DNA from: Candidatus Uhrbacteria bacterium
GTDB taxonomy: Bacteria; Patescibacteriota; Patescibacteriia; JACQRZ01
Length of the DNA stretch: 64,000 bases
Assembly: GCA_016206155.1 (NCBI GenBank)
Contig: JACQSC010000001.1
Coordinates: 5,105 to 69,104, forward strand
Reading direction: 5' to 3'
The position numbers were made by a program, and so were the translations under genes. Positions 17,703 through 26,173 of this stretch are shown piece after piece (position 1 is the first letter of the stretch; each line of letters starts with the position of its first letter). The notes below the pieces were generated by a model. It worked only from the letters and a program-made list of their open reading frames with translations. It did not search any database and had not been told where the DNA came from.

Positions 17703-18527
17703 ATGCTGCAAGTGCAGCAACTCTGCTATACACCACCCTCAGTATACCTCAGGGAAGAGCTTGCACGGAGGCAAGTTCTTCGCCACCAGGTGGAAGCCTG
17801 GTGGCACGAGAGCGGTTGGGGACTCCCCCCAATCGTTCAGGCCATGGAAGGCCGGCTATGCGGCGTGCTTAGCCGGCACGTTGCAACATTTAGATACGAG
17901 GATGGCCTCTTCGCGCTCATGGCGAAAGAGGCTGGGCTCCTGCCCATGTGGCTGGAGTACGTCGGTGACAAATACGTCGACGTCTCCTCCTACAAGAGGA
18001 GCCTCCTCCGTCCGACTCTGTGCTCCGGCCGGGGAAGGAATGGGGGCCTCAAGCTCCGTAAGGAGACACTGGTCGAGAACGAGCAGTTTTGGCGGGGGAA
18101 ACCTTTCCAAAACATCGTGACCGATCATGGCGGGCAACTCGTCGCGTGGCATCACACGCTACAAAACGAGATGCTCGAGGGGCTCCTTGTGGAGAAGCCT
18201 GTGCGAACGGATTGCACCGGTTGGTTGGGGCGGATCGCCTCGACCGCCCACGGGTACTACGAAGCGTACATGAGCGTCTTCGTGGCCCATGGAGTGCTGT
18301 TTGAAGACTACCACGGTGGAGAGTCGGGCAACGCGCTCGACAACTTCACTGGAAGAGTCTTCGAGCCCGCATGGAAGCGGTTACACGAGCGATTCGGGGT
18401 TCGACCCCTGATCGTTCGACTCCCTTGGTGGGAGTCGCTGGGGTATTACCCTGGCGACCGGGAGTGGCGCTCGCACGGCGTCATCCCGCCACAGTTCCCT
18501 GACCTCCTGTCTGGCAATCAGGAGTGA
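17703..18527 (+). CDS. Hypothetical protein (274 aa) downstream of attenuator 2
   Basis: AAGGAGGTG SD before ATG; visibly GC-richer than neighbours; motif 'YY...FVAHGVLFE...F...VFEPA......FG.RPLIV'. Confidence 0.8.
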   Translation: MLQVQQLCYTPPSVYLREELARRQVLRHQVEAWWHESGWGLPPIVQAMEGRLCGVLSRHVATFRYEDGLFALMAKEAGLLPMWLEYVGDKYVDVSSYKRSLLRPTLCSGRGRNGGLKLRKETLVENEQFWRGKPFQNIVTDHGGQLVAWHHTLQNEMLEGLLVEKPVRTDCTGWLGRIASTAHGYYEAYMSVFVAHGVLFEDYHGGESGNALDNFTGRVFEPAWKRLHERFGVRPLIVRLPWWESLGYYPGDREWRSHGVIPPQFPDLLSGNQE

Positions 18528-18571
18528 AGGGACTCGAAGGGTAGCTCTGTCGACTACCCTTTCCCTTTTTT
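18527..18571 (+). terminator. Rho-independent terminator
   Basis: AAGGGTAG..CTACCCTT stem followed by U-tract. Confidence 0.65.
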
Positions 18572-18580
18572 CTATAAACA

Positions 18581-18703
18581 ACGACTTACGCAGTTGGCAC
18601 ATTTCTTCGTTACCGCCTCCGGTACGGGGACACCGTACCACCAGAGTACGCCTTACTCCGTTCCTCGGCGGCGCCTTGAACTGCACTCAACTGCGTAAGT
18701 CGT
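18581..18703. repeat. ~123-bp palindromic (MITE/REP-like) element
   Basis: 16-bp perfect terminal IR ACGACTTACGCAGTTG / CAACTGCGTAAGTCGT with internal hairpins. Confidence 0.65.
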
Positions 18704-18762
18704 ATGCAAACTCACATTATTTGGTATACTGTCCTCATCATCTGATATTACTCCGCCACTGT

Positions 18763-19734
18763 ATGCAATCATCGTTTTCACAAATGGCATTCCTTAGGAA
18801 GTTAACATCTTTGTATGAGCGCCAGCTCGTTCAAGAAAAGAAGGCTGCCGAGCTTATCAAACAAGAGATCAAGAGTTGTGACATTCCATTTTTTGTCCAA
18901 CGGTTCGCGACACAGGTGCCGGTGTTTATTTCTTCAAAGGTAGTCGCTGATGGCAAGCTGATCCCTTCCTTCCCAACCTCATTTGTGAGCGGGACCATTA
19001 CCGACAACCATCATCTGGTAAGTTCACTGATCAGCTCACAGCGCCTTATTGGGGACGCAAACATTAACTTTAATCCGGTATGCAATGGCATTTCTCGCAG
19101 TAACCATTACTTTGCGCCCTCTGTCGCGGTATCACGCGATTCGCTCCCAGCGTTATGTAAAGCAAAGAAAATCAGAGCGGACATAAAAGTAAAGAAACAG
19201 TCGTACACATCGGAGAATATTCTCATTGGTAACCGTAAGAATCCAAAAAATATTCTCGTCTGCCACTATGATTCATTCGGGCCGGGAGCAATTGATAACG
19301 CCTCGGGAACGACGGTTCTTTTGAATCTCGCCATTACATTTCCAAGTCTTTTAGGACACACTCTTTTTGTGATCGGTGGCAACGAAGAGCTTTCATATGA
19401 TCAGCCGATTTATTGGGGGCGCGGATATCGGATGTTTGAAAAAAATTATACGCCCCAACTGCAAAAGGCGCGCGCGATCTATGTTGTTGATTGTGTGGGA
19501 AATGGAAAAACAACTTTTGATTATCGTACCGATATCGCGCGTCTTGGATTTCCGATAAAGAATCTTGAAAGGTGGCAGAAAAAAATCGCTCTTGTGTACG
19601 GGGATTTTGAAAAATTGATGAAGGTGTATCATAGCGATTTGGATACCGCCGATCTTGTGAATGAAAAATATTTGGATGACGCGACACAAGAATTGCTTAA
19701 ACGAATAGCATCAAGCGCTGGCGCTGATCTCTAA
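18763..19734 (+). CDS. M28 family metallopeptidase
   Basis: CHYDS, GAIDNASG, NEE, VDCVG, YHSDLD. Confidence 0.8.
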   Translation: MQSSFSQMAFLRKLTSLYERQLVQEKKAAELIKQEIKSCDIPFFVQRFATQVPVFISSKVVADGKLIPSFPTSFVSGTITDNHHLVSSLISSQRLIGDANINFNPVCNGISRSNHYFAPSVAVSRDSLPALCKAKKIRADIKVKKQSYTSENILIGNRKNPKNILVCHYDSFGPGAIDNASGTTVLLNLAITFPSLLGHTLFVIGGNEELSYDQPIYWGRGYRMFEKNYTPQLQKARAIYVVDCVGNGKTTFDYRTDIARLGFPIKNLERWQKKIALVYGDFEKLMKVYHSDLDTADLVNEKYLDDATQELLKRIASSAGADL

Positions 19735-19776
19735 CATGAAAGGCGATCGGGGTATCGCGGTTGTTGGGACGGAAGA

Positions 19777-19875
19777 TTGATGTATTATCCCGAGATTGGC
19801 GGCGTGCGCATTGAAGATGTGGTTGTTGTTACCGAGGATCGATGCCAGAATTTGACCGATGAGCCGAAGGAGTAT
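19777..19875 (+). pseudogene. C-terminal remnant of an M24 (Xaa-Pro) aminopeptidase
   Basis: YYPEIGGVRIEDVVVVTED..NLT is the canonical M24 C-terminus; the rest is missing. Confidence 0.7.
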
Positions 19876-19905
19876 ATAATCGAATACATAAAATATTTTT
19901 TCGAG

Positions 19906-20154
19906 ATGGCATCAACCAATTTAAAACACATAACCTGCGACCCTTCTATCCTTGGAGGAAAACCAGTAATACGCGGGACGCGCATTTCTGTTGAATTTAT
20001 TCTTGAGCTTCTGCATTCGGGAATGGCGCTGAATGATATTCTCAAGGAGTATCCGCATCTTAAACGGCGGGATCTGGAGGCGGCAATTGCGTTTGCCAGG
20101 CATGCGGTATCGCGCGAGGAAGTGATTCATTTTGAATTAGCAACCGCTCGCTAA
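19906..20154 (+). CDS. DUF433 antitoxin-like protein
   Basis: DPSILGGKPVIRGTRISV..ILELL..G....IL.EYP.L. Confidence 0.85.
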   Translation: MASTNLKHITCDPSILGGKPVIRGTRISVEFILELLHSGMALNDILKEYPHLKRRDLEAAIAFARHAVSREEVIHFELATAR

Positions 20155-20157
20155 GAT

Positions 20158-20385
20158 ATGCGTTTTCTTGCCGATGAGAACATTCTCACGCACGACAAGG
20201 ATTTTACATACCAAGAAAAGGTGCCGGTAATTTTGTTGCGTTTTAGAGATCAGAAACCGATCAACGTCAAAAGGGGATTAATCGGATTTTTTGATCGTCC
20301 AGAAGTTGGGAGACTTAAAAAATCGATTACCGCTGTGCTGTCAGAGTACGGCGTTGAATTCCATAAACCGTTTGAATTGCGATGA
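20158..20385 (+). pseudogene. DUF5615 PIN-like toxin with internal in-frame deletion
   Basis: MRFLADENI is joined directly to LTHDKDF; the intervening segment typical of the family is absent. Confidence 0.65.
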
Positions 20386-21503
20386 CCAAAGAGTCACTCA
20401 AACAGACATTCCTTGAATTGGTTGCGATTAACAGCCACCATCCCGACGAGGCAGAGATTGCGAAGTATATCTGCGCTTTTTTTGATAGATCCGGAATACA
20501 ATGGAAGAAGGATTCGTTTGAAAATATTTTTGCCTCTATTCCCGGTGAGGGCGAACCGGTGTTGCTGTCGACCCATATTGATATTCCCGAACCGGCGCCG
20601 CACGTCAATCCTGTTTTTGAGGGTGATATCATTCGCTCTGACGGTACGAGTATCTTGGGTGCCGATCCCAAAACCGGCCTTGCGGTGATCCTTGAATTCG
20701 CCCGTGATTTGAAATTGGTGAAATTGGTGTCAAGTCCGAATTTCGAACAAAATTCGGACTTGACACCAATTTCGGCGCACGCGCCGGTTGAGATTTTGCT
20801 TACGCGCGGGGAAGAGAAGGGACTTCTTGGCGCGCTGAACGCTGACTATTCACTTCTGAAATCAAAAATAGGTTTTTGTCTTGACGAAGATGGGCCCGTG
20901 AATCAAGTAACGGTGAAGGCGCCAGGGTATGTGCGTTTTGACGCGTCATTCACCGGAAAAGTTGTGCATACGCGCGAGCCGGAAAAGGGGATTAACGCAC
21001 TCCAGGTGTTCTGTCATGCGGTACGCGATCTACCGTGGGGATACGCTTGTGACGGGGTTACCTGGAATATCGGACAATTCCAATCAGGCACTGCGCGCAA
21101 CAGCGTACCGAGGTACGCTGAGGTACACGCGGAGCTTCGGGGTTTTGACACCGAGAAATTGCGCAGGGAAGCGCAGCGCATCGCGGAACGTTTCTGCAAA
21201 ACAGCAGAGCAGTTTGGTGCGACCTGCGATGTGCAGCACAATGTGATGTTTGAGGGATATGACATCGATCGGAACCATCCGCTGTTTGCGCGGATGAACG
21301 TGGTATATGAGAAGATGGGCTTGACCCAGCAGTATCATGAAACCTACGGTGGTAGCGATGTCAATGTTTTTATTGCAAAAGGAATTACCGCAGTCACGCT
21401 CGGATCCGGCTACTACAACGCGCACGAATACACCGAGTATGCAGACCTTGCAGATATGGCGCAGATTTATACATTCTTGACAGAATTTTTGAGGGTGCAA
21501 TAA
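20382..21503 (+). CDS. M20 peptidase T-like metallopeptidase, with in-frame palindromic insertion
   Basis: HID, ILGAD.K.G, GEE.GL.GA, GGSD.N, AH...E motifs. Confidence 0.85.
   Translation: MTKESLKQTFLELVAINSHHPDEAEIAKYICAFFDRSGIQWKKDSFENIFASIPGEGEPVLLSTHIDIPEPAPHVNPVFEGDIIRSDGTSILGADPKTGLAVILEFARDLKLVKLVSSPNFEQNSDLTPISAHAPVEILLTRGEEKGLLGALNADYSLLKSKIGFCLDEDGPVNQVTVKAPGYVRFDASFTGKVVHTREPEKGINALQVFCHAVRDLPWGYACDGVTWNIGQFQSGTARNSVPRYAEVHAELRGFDTEKLRREAQRIAERFCKTAEQFGATCDVQHNVMFEGYDIDRNHPLFARMNVVYEKMGLTQQYHETYGGSDVNVFIAKGITAVTLGSGYYNAHEYTEYADLADMAQIYTFLTEFLRVQ
20720..20773. repeat. In-frame REP-like palindrome
   Basis: GAAATTGGTGTCAAGTCCGAATTT...AAATTCGGACTTGACACCAATTTC with adjacent 9-bp duplication. 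Confidence 0.85.
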
Positions 21504-21510
21504 TGAAGTT

Positions 21511-21585
21511 ATGATCCAGAAGAATACACAATTAGTCGCGGCCACTCCATGGCATCGTCCGCGAATCCGGCAAACAGCTGGCTGA
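21511..21585 (+). CDS. Putative leader peptide 3 (MIQKNTQLVAATPWHRPRIRQTAG)
   Basis: 3' end CAGCTGG..TTGTGT complementary to ACACAA..CCAGCTG in the downstream terminator region. Confidence 0.45.
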   Translation: MIQKNTQLVAATPWHRPRIRQTAG

Positions 21586-21750
21586 TTTGTGTATTCAAAG
21601 GTAAATTTGTAAAAAAGAGTTTCAAGTCACACAAAAAAGTCCAGCTGAATGCTGGGTTTTTCATTTGAGGTGGTTTGAAACTTTTTTTATTTAATAAGAC
21701 GATTTTCAGACCGCGTCACGAGGTCTGAACTATGGCAGAGGAGGTACGCC

Positions 21751-21909
21751 ATGCAGGTTCGTGGGCATATGGATTGGGATCTGGAGCAAGACCAGTATCC
21801 CGTCGTCATCAAGCTTACCGACGAGAACAGAGGTTTGCAGAAAGGAGGTGAGAGCGATGATGAGTTGGCCGCGTCGGCCCCATCTGTGGCCCCCGCGCTA
21901 GTCCGGTAA
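21751..21909 (+). CDS. 52-aa small ORF with strong SD
   Basis: GAGGAGGT SD 5 nt before ATG; MQVRGHMDWDLEQDQYPVVIKL... Confidence 0.4.
   Translation: MQVRGHMDWDLEQDQYPVVIKLTDENRGLQKGGESDDELAASAPSVAPALVR
21857..21901 (+). CDS. Micro-ORF MMSWPRRPHLWPPR
   Basis: AGAAAGGAGGTG SD; followed by hairpins shared with 22151-22228. Confidence 0.45.
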   Translation: MMSWPRRPHLWPPR

Positions 21910-21969
21910 CAGGCTAGCAGCAGACCCCGCCGATTCGCGAAAGCGTTTCGGCGGGGCCCACCACCCGCT

Positions 21970-22044
21970 ATGATACGTTTTTCATCAATTTTTACAATAC
22001 TACAGCCATATCATCACTATCCTCTGTCTTTCGAGAGAGGGTAG
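21970..22044 (+). CDS. Putative leader peptide 4 (MIRFSSIFTILQPYHHYPLSFERG)
   Basis: Overlaps mutually exclusive 1:2 / 2:3 / 3:4 stems at 22016-22100. Confidence 0.45.
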   Translation: MIRFSSIFTILQPYHHYPLSFERG

Positions 22045-22150
22045 TGTTTGTGTTGTTTTTATGAACACTGCCCCTTCTCGAAAGAGGAGGGGCGTTTTTC
22101 TGTCGTCAGGAGGCGGCAGGCGCTCGCGGAAAGTAGAAAGGAGGTGCGCA

Positions 22151-22177
22151 ATGCACCCGCGTTACCCGCACAACTAG
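22151..22177 (+). CDS. Micro-ORF MHPRYPHN
   Basis: AGAAAGGAGGTG SD; CTAG..CTAG and CCCCGCCG..CGGCGGGG hairpins follow. Confidence 0.45.
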   Translation: MHPRYPHN

Positions 22178-22343
22178 CCTAGTCGGCTAGCCTCGCCCCG
22201 CCGTTCGCACCAGAGCGTTCGGCGGGGTATATTTATGGCTGAGATCCGATCTCAGCCATGAGTCTTGTTTGATAGTGAAAAGTGTGGTATAATGAATATA
22301 TGATGGCGCGTAGCGAGAAGCGCTTAGATTTTGTTTTGACCGT

Positions 22344-22571
22344 ATGTATACCTGGGACTACAACCTGCCGAAAAACTGGAAACCGCAGACCCGCGATGAA
22401 TGGGTGTGGTTTCTTGAGCGCAAAATACATTATGATGATTGGAAGGGGGTGCGTCCGTGGATGCTAAAAAAATATGCCCGCGCGCTCAAACTCGATCCGG
22501 CAAAACGGCTCTTTGTTGGCGCATATCTCGATCGCTATGGCAAAAAAATCGCAATTCAAGCTGACCAATGA
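22344..22571 (+). CDS. Small protein, probable antitoxin partner of the downstream nucleotidyltransferase
   Basis: 'WDY....W.LERKIHY' pattern; overlaps the toxin start. Confidence 0.6.
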   Translation: MYTWDYNLPKNWKPQTRDEWVWFLERKIHYDDWKGVRPWMLKKYARALKLDPAKRLFVGAYLDRYGKKIAIQADQ

Positions 22572-23226
22572 GCAGAAAATTATTCTGCAGGTTCTTGCAC
22601 AATCACCGCTCCGCAAGCGCCTCTATTGGACTGGAGGGACGGCGCTTGCGTATTTTTATCTTCACCATCGAGGATCGTACGACGTTGATCTCTTTTCTGA
22701 TACGCAATTGGCTTTGAGCGAACTGTTGCCGTTCGCGCGCGATGCCGCAGAAGCGCTATCGCTCAAAAAGTTTGAACCAAAGAGAATTCACGACCGTTTT
22801 GAGTTTATCTTTACCAATGGGCAGGAGACGCGTCTTGATTGCGTGTGGTATCAATTTCCCGCGCTCAAAAAGCGCAAAGAATGGGAGGGGATTTTGGTTG
22901 ACTCATTTGAGGATATGGTTGCCAATAAAACAATCGCGCTCATGGAACGGCGAGAGGGGAAGGATGTTTTTGATATATACACGCTGTTAAAAAAAAAGCT
23001 GATTACGGTGCCCTCTCTGCTTGAACTGGTAAGAAAAAAATTCGGTGCCGGTATCCACGAGGAAACAATCTTGGCAGACGGGCTTCTTGCATGTAATAAA
23101 CTGAAAAACATTCGGCCAATGCTTTTTGGCTCTGAGAAGGAACAAGAAAAGCAAGTACTTGATGTCGTGAATTTTTTCAAGGATCATGCGGCGCAGCGAC
23201 TTCATTCATTAATTGAAGATCTATGA
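22537..23226 (+). CDS. AbiEii-type nucleotidyltransferase toxin
   Basis: TGGTALAYFYLHHRGSYDVDLF, ANK, ER.EGKDVFDIY. Confidence 0.85.
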   Translation: MAKKSQFKLTNEQKIILQVLAQSPLRKRLYWTGGTALAYFYLHHRGSYDVDLFSDTQLALSELLPFARDAAEALSLKKFEPKRIHDRFEFIFTNGQETRLDCVWYQFPALKKRKEWEGILVDSFEDMVANKTIALMERREGKDVFDIYTLLKKKLITVPSLLELVRKKFGAGIHEETILADGLLACNKLKNIRPMLFGSEKEQEKQVLDVVNFFKDHAAQRLHSLIEDL

Positions 23227-23918
23227 AAAAATCACACTATCGCATACTCGTGCGTGCGGCGGGATTGATTCTTATTGTTGGCATCGCTATTGGCGCTGTC
23301 ATGGCAGTCCGTGAGCAAAACAAATCAGCGCGGAGATCGCTGCTGTCAGAACAGGCGCAGGAAAAGGCGGTGTCGCCGGAATTATCGTCAAAGCCGATTG
23401 TTCGCGAGAACAAGGGAGTAACTGAGATTTCTCTGCCAAGCGCACCGGAAGTCACTACACAGGCGACCATTGAGGAGCTGAAAGAATTCCGGAAGCGGAG
23501 CGAAGAATTGGAGCGCACTGTCGCGGCGCTGACGAAGGAAAAGAAAGAGAGCGAACTTGTGGTGGGGCTTGGCGACGCGCCATTGAAGGTAGAGCCGCTG
23601 TATACGTTTGAGCAACAGCAAAAAGGATTGATCGGGCGCGAGAGCTTGCCAGAGGATAGTGGTATGCTCTATATCTTCCAAATGGATGATTCGGGACGCC
23701 TTTTTGGCACAAAGGGAATGAAGTTTCCCGTCGATATCATCTGGGCGAACAACGATCGAACCGTTGTGCATATTCACAAAAACGTCCCGCCGAATTTTGT
23801 CGATGACCTTAAAAGTCTCTGGCCCGCACGCTATGTACTGGAAGTGAACGGCGGATATGCAGATAAGCACGGGATAGATGTTGGTGATACCATCGACCTA
23901 TCCAAGATACCACATTGA
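23223..23918 (+). CDS. DUF192 domain membrane-anchored protein
   Basis: GL.GRESLPEDSGMLYIF, M.FPVDIIW, ARYVLEVNGG. Confidence 0.85.
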   Translation: MKKSHYRILVRAAGLILIVGIAIGAVMAVREQNKSARRSLLSEQAQEKAVSPELSSKPIVRENKGVTEISLPSAPEVTTQATIEELKEFRKRSEELERTVAALTKEKKESELVVGLGDAPLKVEPLYTFEQQQKGLIGRESLPEDSGMLYIFQMDDSGRLFGTKGMKFPVDIIWANNDRTVVHIHKNVPPNFVDDLKSLWPARYVLEVNGGYADKHGIDVGDTIDLSKIPH

Positions 23919-23921
23919 AAA

Positions 23922-24006
23922 AAGGGTATAGCGTTTAGGGTACAGGGTATAGGGGGGGGGAATTCTCTTCTAAACCCTAAACCCTAAACCCTAAACCCTA
24001 AACCCT
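23922..24006. repeat. Heptamer repeat pair (AGGGTAT-like / CTAAACC x5)
   Basis: G-rich degenerate heptamers followed by ctaaaccctaaaccctaaaccctaaaccctaaaccct. Confidence 0.85.
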
Positions 24007-24954
24007 GTGACTGTTTTTGCCTACATCATCGCGCTGTTCTTCCTCTTCTACCTCTTGGGCAAGAGCGCGGATGTTGTTGTCAAGCGAGTGCGACTCATTT
24101 CTGAACGGCTCGGTATCCGCTTGTTTCTCCTCGGCATTATCTTGGGGCTTTTTACCTCGTTGCCGGAAATTTCCATCGGCATCAACTCGCTGGTTGACGA
24201 CGTTCCCGACCTGTCGCTGGGAAATCTCATGGGCGGATTTATAGTGCTCTTTGGCCTCATCATGGGGGTGAGCTTGATTTTGAATAAGCGCATTAAAACT
24301 GACGGAAATCTTTGGCACTACGCGCCGATTTTGATTTATTTTTTCCTCCCGTTCCTCTTTGTTCTCGATGGACACATCCAACGACAAGAGAGCCTCGTGC
24401 TTATCGCGGCGTACGTCGGTCTGCTGATTCATCTGTACCGTGCCTACCACAAAGAAGTTTCAACAGAGAAGAGAGATGTCGAATTTCGCCTTCCTCAGAT
24501 ATTTAACGATATGCTCATCATCCTCGTTGGGCTCATCGCCGTCACGCTCATTTCCAATGTCATTGTTCGCATCACGGAGGGGCTGCTTGTTGAGGCCCAT
24601 GTGTCACAATTCTTCATCGGCGTTCTGCTTTTTTCAGTGGGCACGAACCTTCCCGAGATTATTGTTGCTTTTCGCGCGTGGCAGAAGCACATGAAAGAGC
24701 TCACGCTCGCGCATCTTTCGGGTTCCGCGATGACCGATCCGTTGTTGATCGGCATTTTTTCTTTTATTCAGCCCTATACGATCGAGGTTAATGGGTCGTA
24801 TATGCTTTTTTTCTTTTTTAATTTTGTGCTGTTTGTGCTTGTCGGGATATTTTATAAAACCGGTAAAGTATTGTCACGAACAGAGGGGATTGTGCTCTTG
24901 GGGATCTATCTGTTGTTTCTGTATGTTGAGATTACTTTTGGATTGAAGTTCTAA
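24007..24954 (+). CDS. Na+/Ca2+ (CaCA family) antiporter
   Basis: Two alpha repeats: TSLPE...GNLMG and GTNLPE...SGS. Confidence 0.85.
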   Translation: MTVFAYIIALFFLFYLLGKSADVVVKRVRLISERLGIRLFLLGIILGLFTSLPEISIGINSLVDDVPDLSLGNLMGGFIVLFGLIMGVSLILNKRIKTDGNLWHYAPILIYFFLPFLFVLDGHIQRQESLVLIAAYVGLLIHLYRAYHKEVSTEKRDVEFRLPQIFNDMLIILVGLIAVTLISNVIVRITEGLLVEAHVSQFFIGVLLFSVGTNLPEIIVAFRAWQKHMKELTLAHLSGSAMTDPLLIGIFSFIQPYTIEVNGSYMLFFFFNFVLFVLVGIFYKTGKVLSRTEGIVLLGIYLLFLYVEITFGLKF

Positions 24955-25184
24955 TGACTCAGTTTATGAAGATTGCCGTACAAGTAAAAACACCTGCGCG
25001 AAAGAATGAGGTTGTGAAGGTCGATGACGGCACGTATCGTGTTGCAGTAACAGCCCCTCCCATGGAAGGGAAAGCGAACAAAGCCGTAATTGATCTTTTG
25101 GCAGAATATTTTGATGTGCCAAAATCACAGATAGAGATAACGAAAGGTCAAACATCGCGCCAAAAGCATTTTATGATTCATTGA
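24954..25184 (+). CDS. DUF167 (YggU-like) protein
   Basis: VTAPPMEGKANKAVI.LLAEYF.VPKS.I.I.KG.TSR.K. Confidence 0.9.
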   Translation: MTQFMKIAVQVKTPARKNEVVKVDDGTYRVAVTAPPMEGKANKAVIDLLAEYFDVPKSQIEITKGQTSRQKHFMIH

Positions 25185-25303
25185 CACATGCGCTTGACAG
25201 CCTTACAGTGACTCTATCTCGTATGGAGCGCCTGCCACATTACAGAGTCTAAGAACACGCGACCGGTTCAGGCGAATAAGACGACGGCAACCAAATAATA
25301 TCT

Positions 25304-26167
25304 ATGTCAGAGGATGTAACACAAAAAGGCGACGCCGCAGAGAAACCAAGGCCGGCGAAGCTCGATAGGAACGTTCTTGGGAGAATCCGGCTGATTGTCG
25401 ATGGAGAAGACGGGAAAAGCGGCATCGGCGCTTTGGCGCGTCGCGTTGAGGCGCTTGACAAGGACGCAGAGCGGTTGCGTGAGGAAAGGCAGAAGGCGCG
25501 GGAGGTTGTTGACAACATGAAAGAGCGAAGCGGAGAGCTTATTGGAGCTCTTCATGCGCTTTTTACGCGCGCGCAGGCAACACTGCAAAAAACCGAAGAA
25601 AAATGCGCATCAGTCGAACAGGAAATACGGGAAAAGAGCAGCATGGTCTGCGACGGAATTGCAGTCATTGAAAAGATCGTGGACGAATACGCAAAAAACG
25701 AAAGACAGTATCAAGCGGCAGAGCAGATGCAAAAAATTCTTGAAAAAATGAAGGTATTTGCCGGTATCTGCGAGACTGTTCTCCATAGCATTGCGCGGTT
25801 GCAGAAGAGTGGGAAAGCCGGAGAGATAACGGTAGCGCGTGAGCTTTTTGGCCGGAATGTCTCTTTATTACAGTCTATGCTGGGTGAGTATCAGCATCAG
25901 GCTGAGAAGAATCCACGCGTGCGCGGCGATCTTCCAACCGATTTTTCAGAAATAATTATCAAAGGAAACTTCACAGAGGCAAAAAAACATATTGATGAGA
26001 CGCTCTCTTCGCTTAAAGAAAAGATGGGCGGATACGTCGCTGGCATAAAGAGGAATTTGCCCGACAATCTCGGCGCTCTTTTGACAGAAAAGGAAAAGAA
26101 TTATTTTGAACAGCGCGCGCACGCATCAAGCAATGACAATACAGACCTTTCAAAAAATAATTCTTGA
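25304..26167 (+). CDS. Hypothetical coiled-coil protein
   Basis: 287-aa charged helical ORF. Confidence 0.65.
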   Translation: MSEDVTQKGDAAEKPRPAKLDRNVLGRIRLIVDGEDGKSGIGALARRVEALDKDAERLREERQKAREVVDNMKERSGELIGALHALFTRAQATLQKTEEKCASVEQEIREKSSMVCDGIAVIEKIVDEYAKNERQYQAAEQMQKILEKMKVFAGICETVLHSIARLQKSGKAGEITVARELFGRNVSLLQSMLGEYQHQAEKNPRVRGDLPTDFSEIIIKGNFTEAKKHIDETLSSLKEKMGGYVAGIKRNLPDNLGALLTEKEKNYFEQRAHASSNDNTDLSKNNS

Positions 26168-26173
26168 GCCGAT

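Noticed and set aside
23970-24006. (CCCTAAA)n as eukaryotic telomere contamination
   Set aside because: Only five units, embedded between tightly packed bacterial genes; similar heptamers with other sequences recur in the window.
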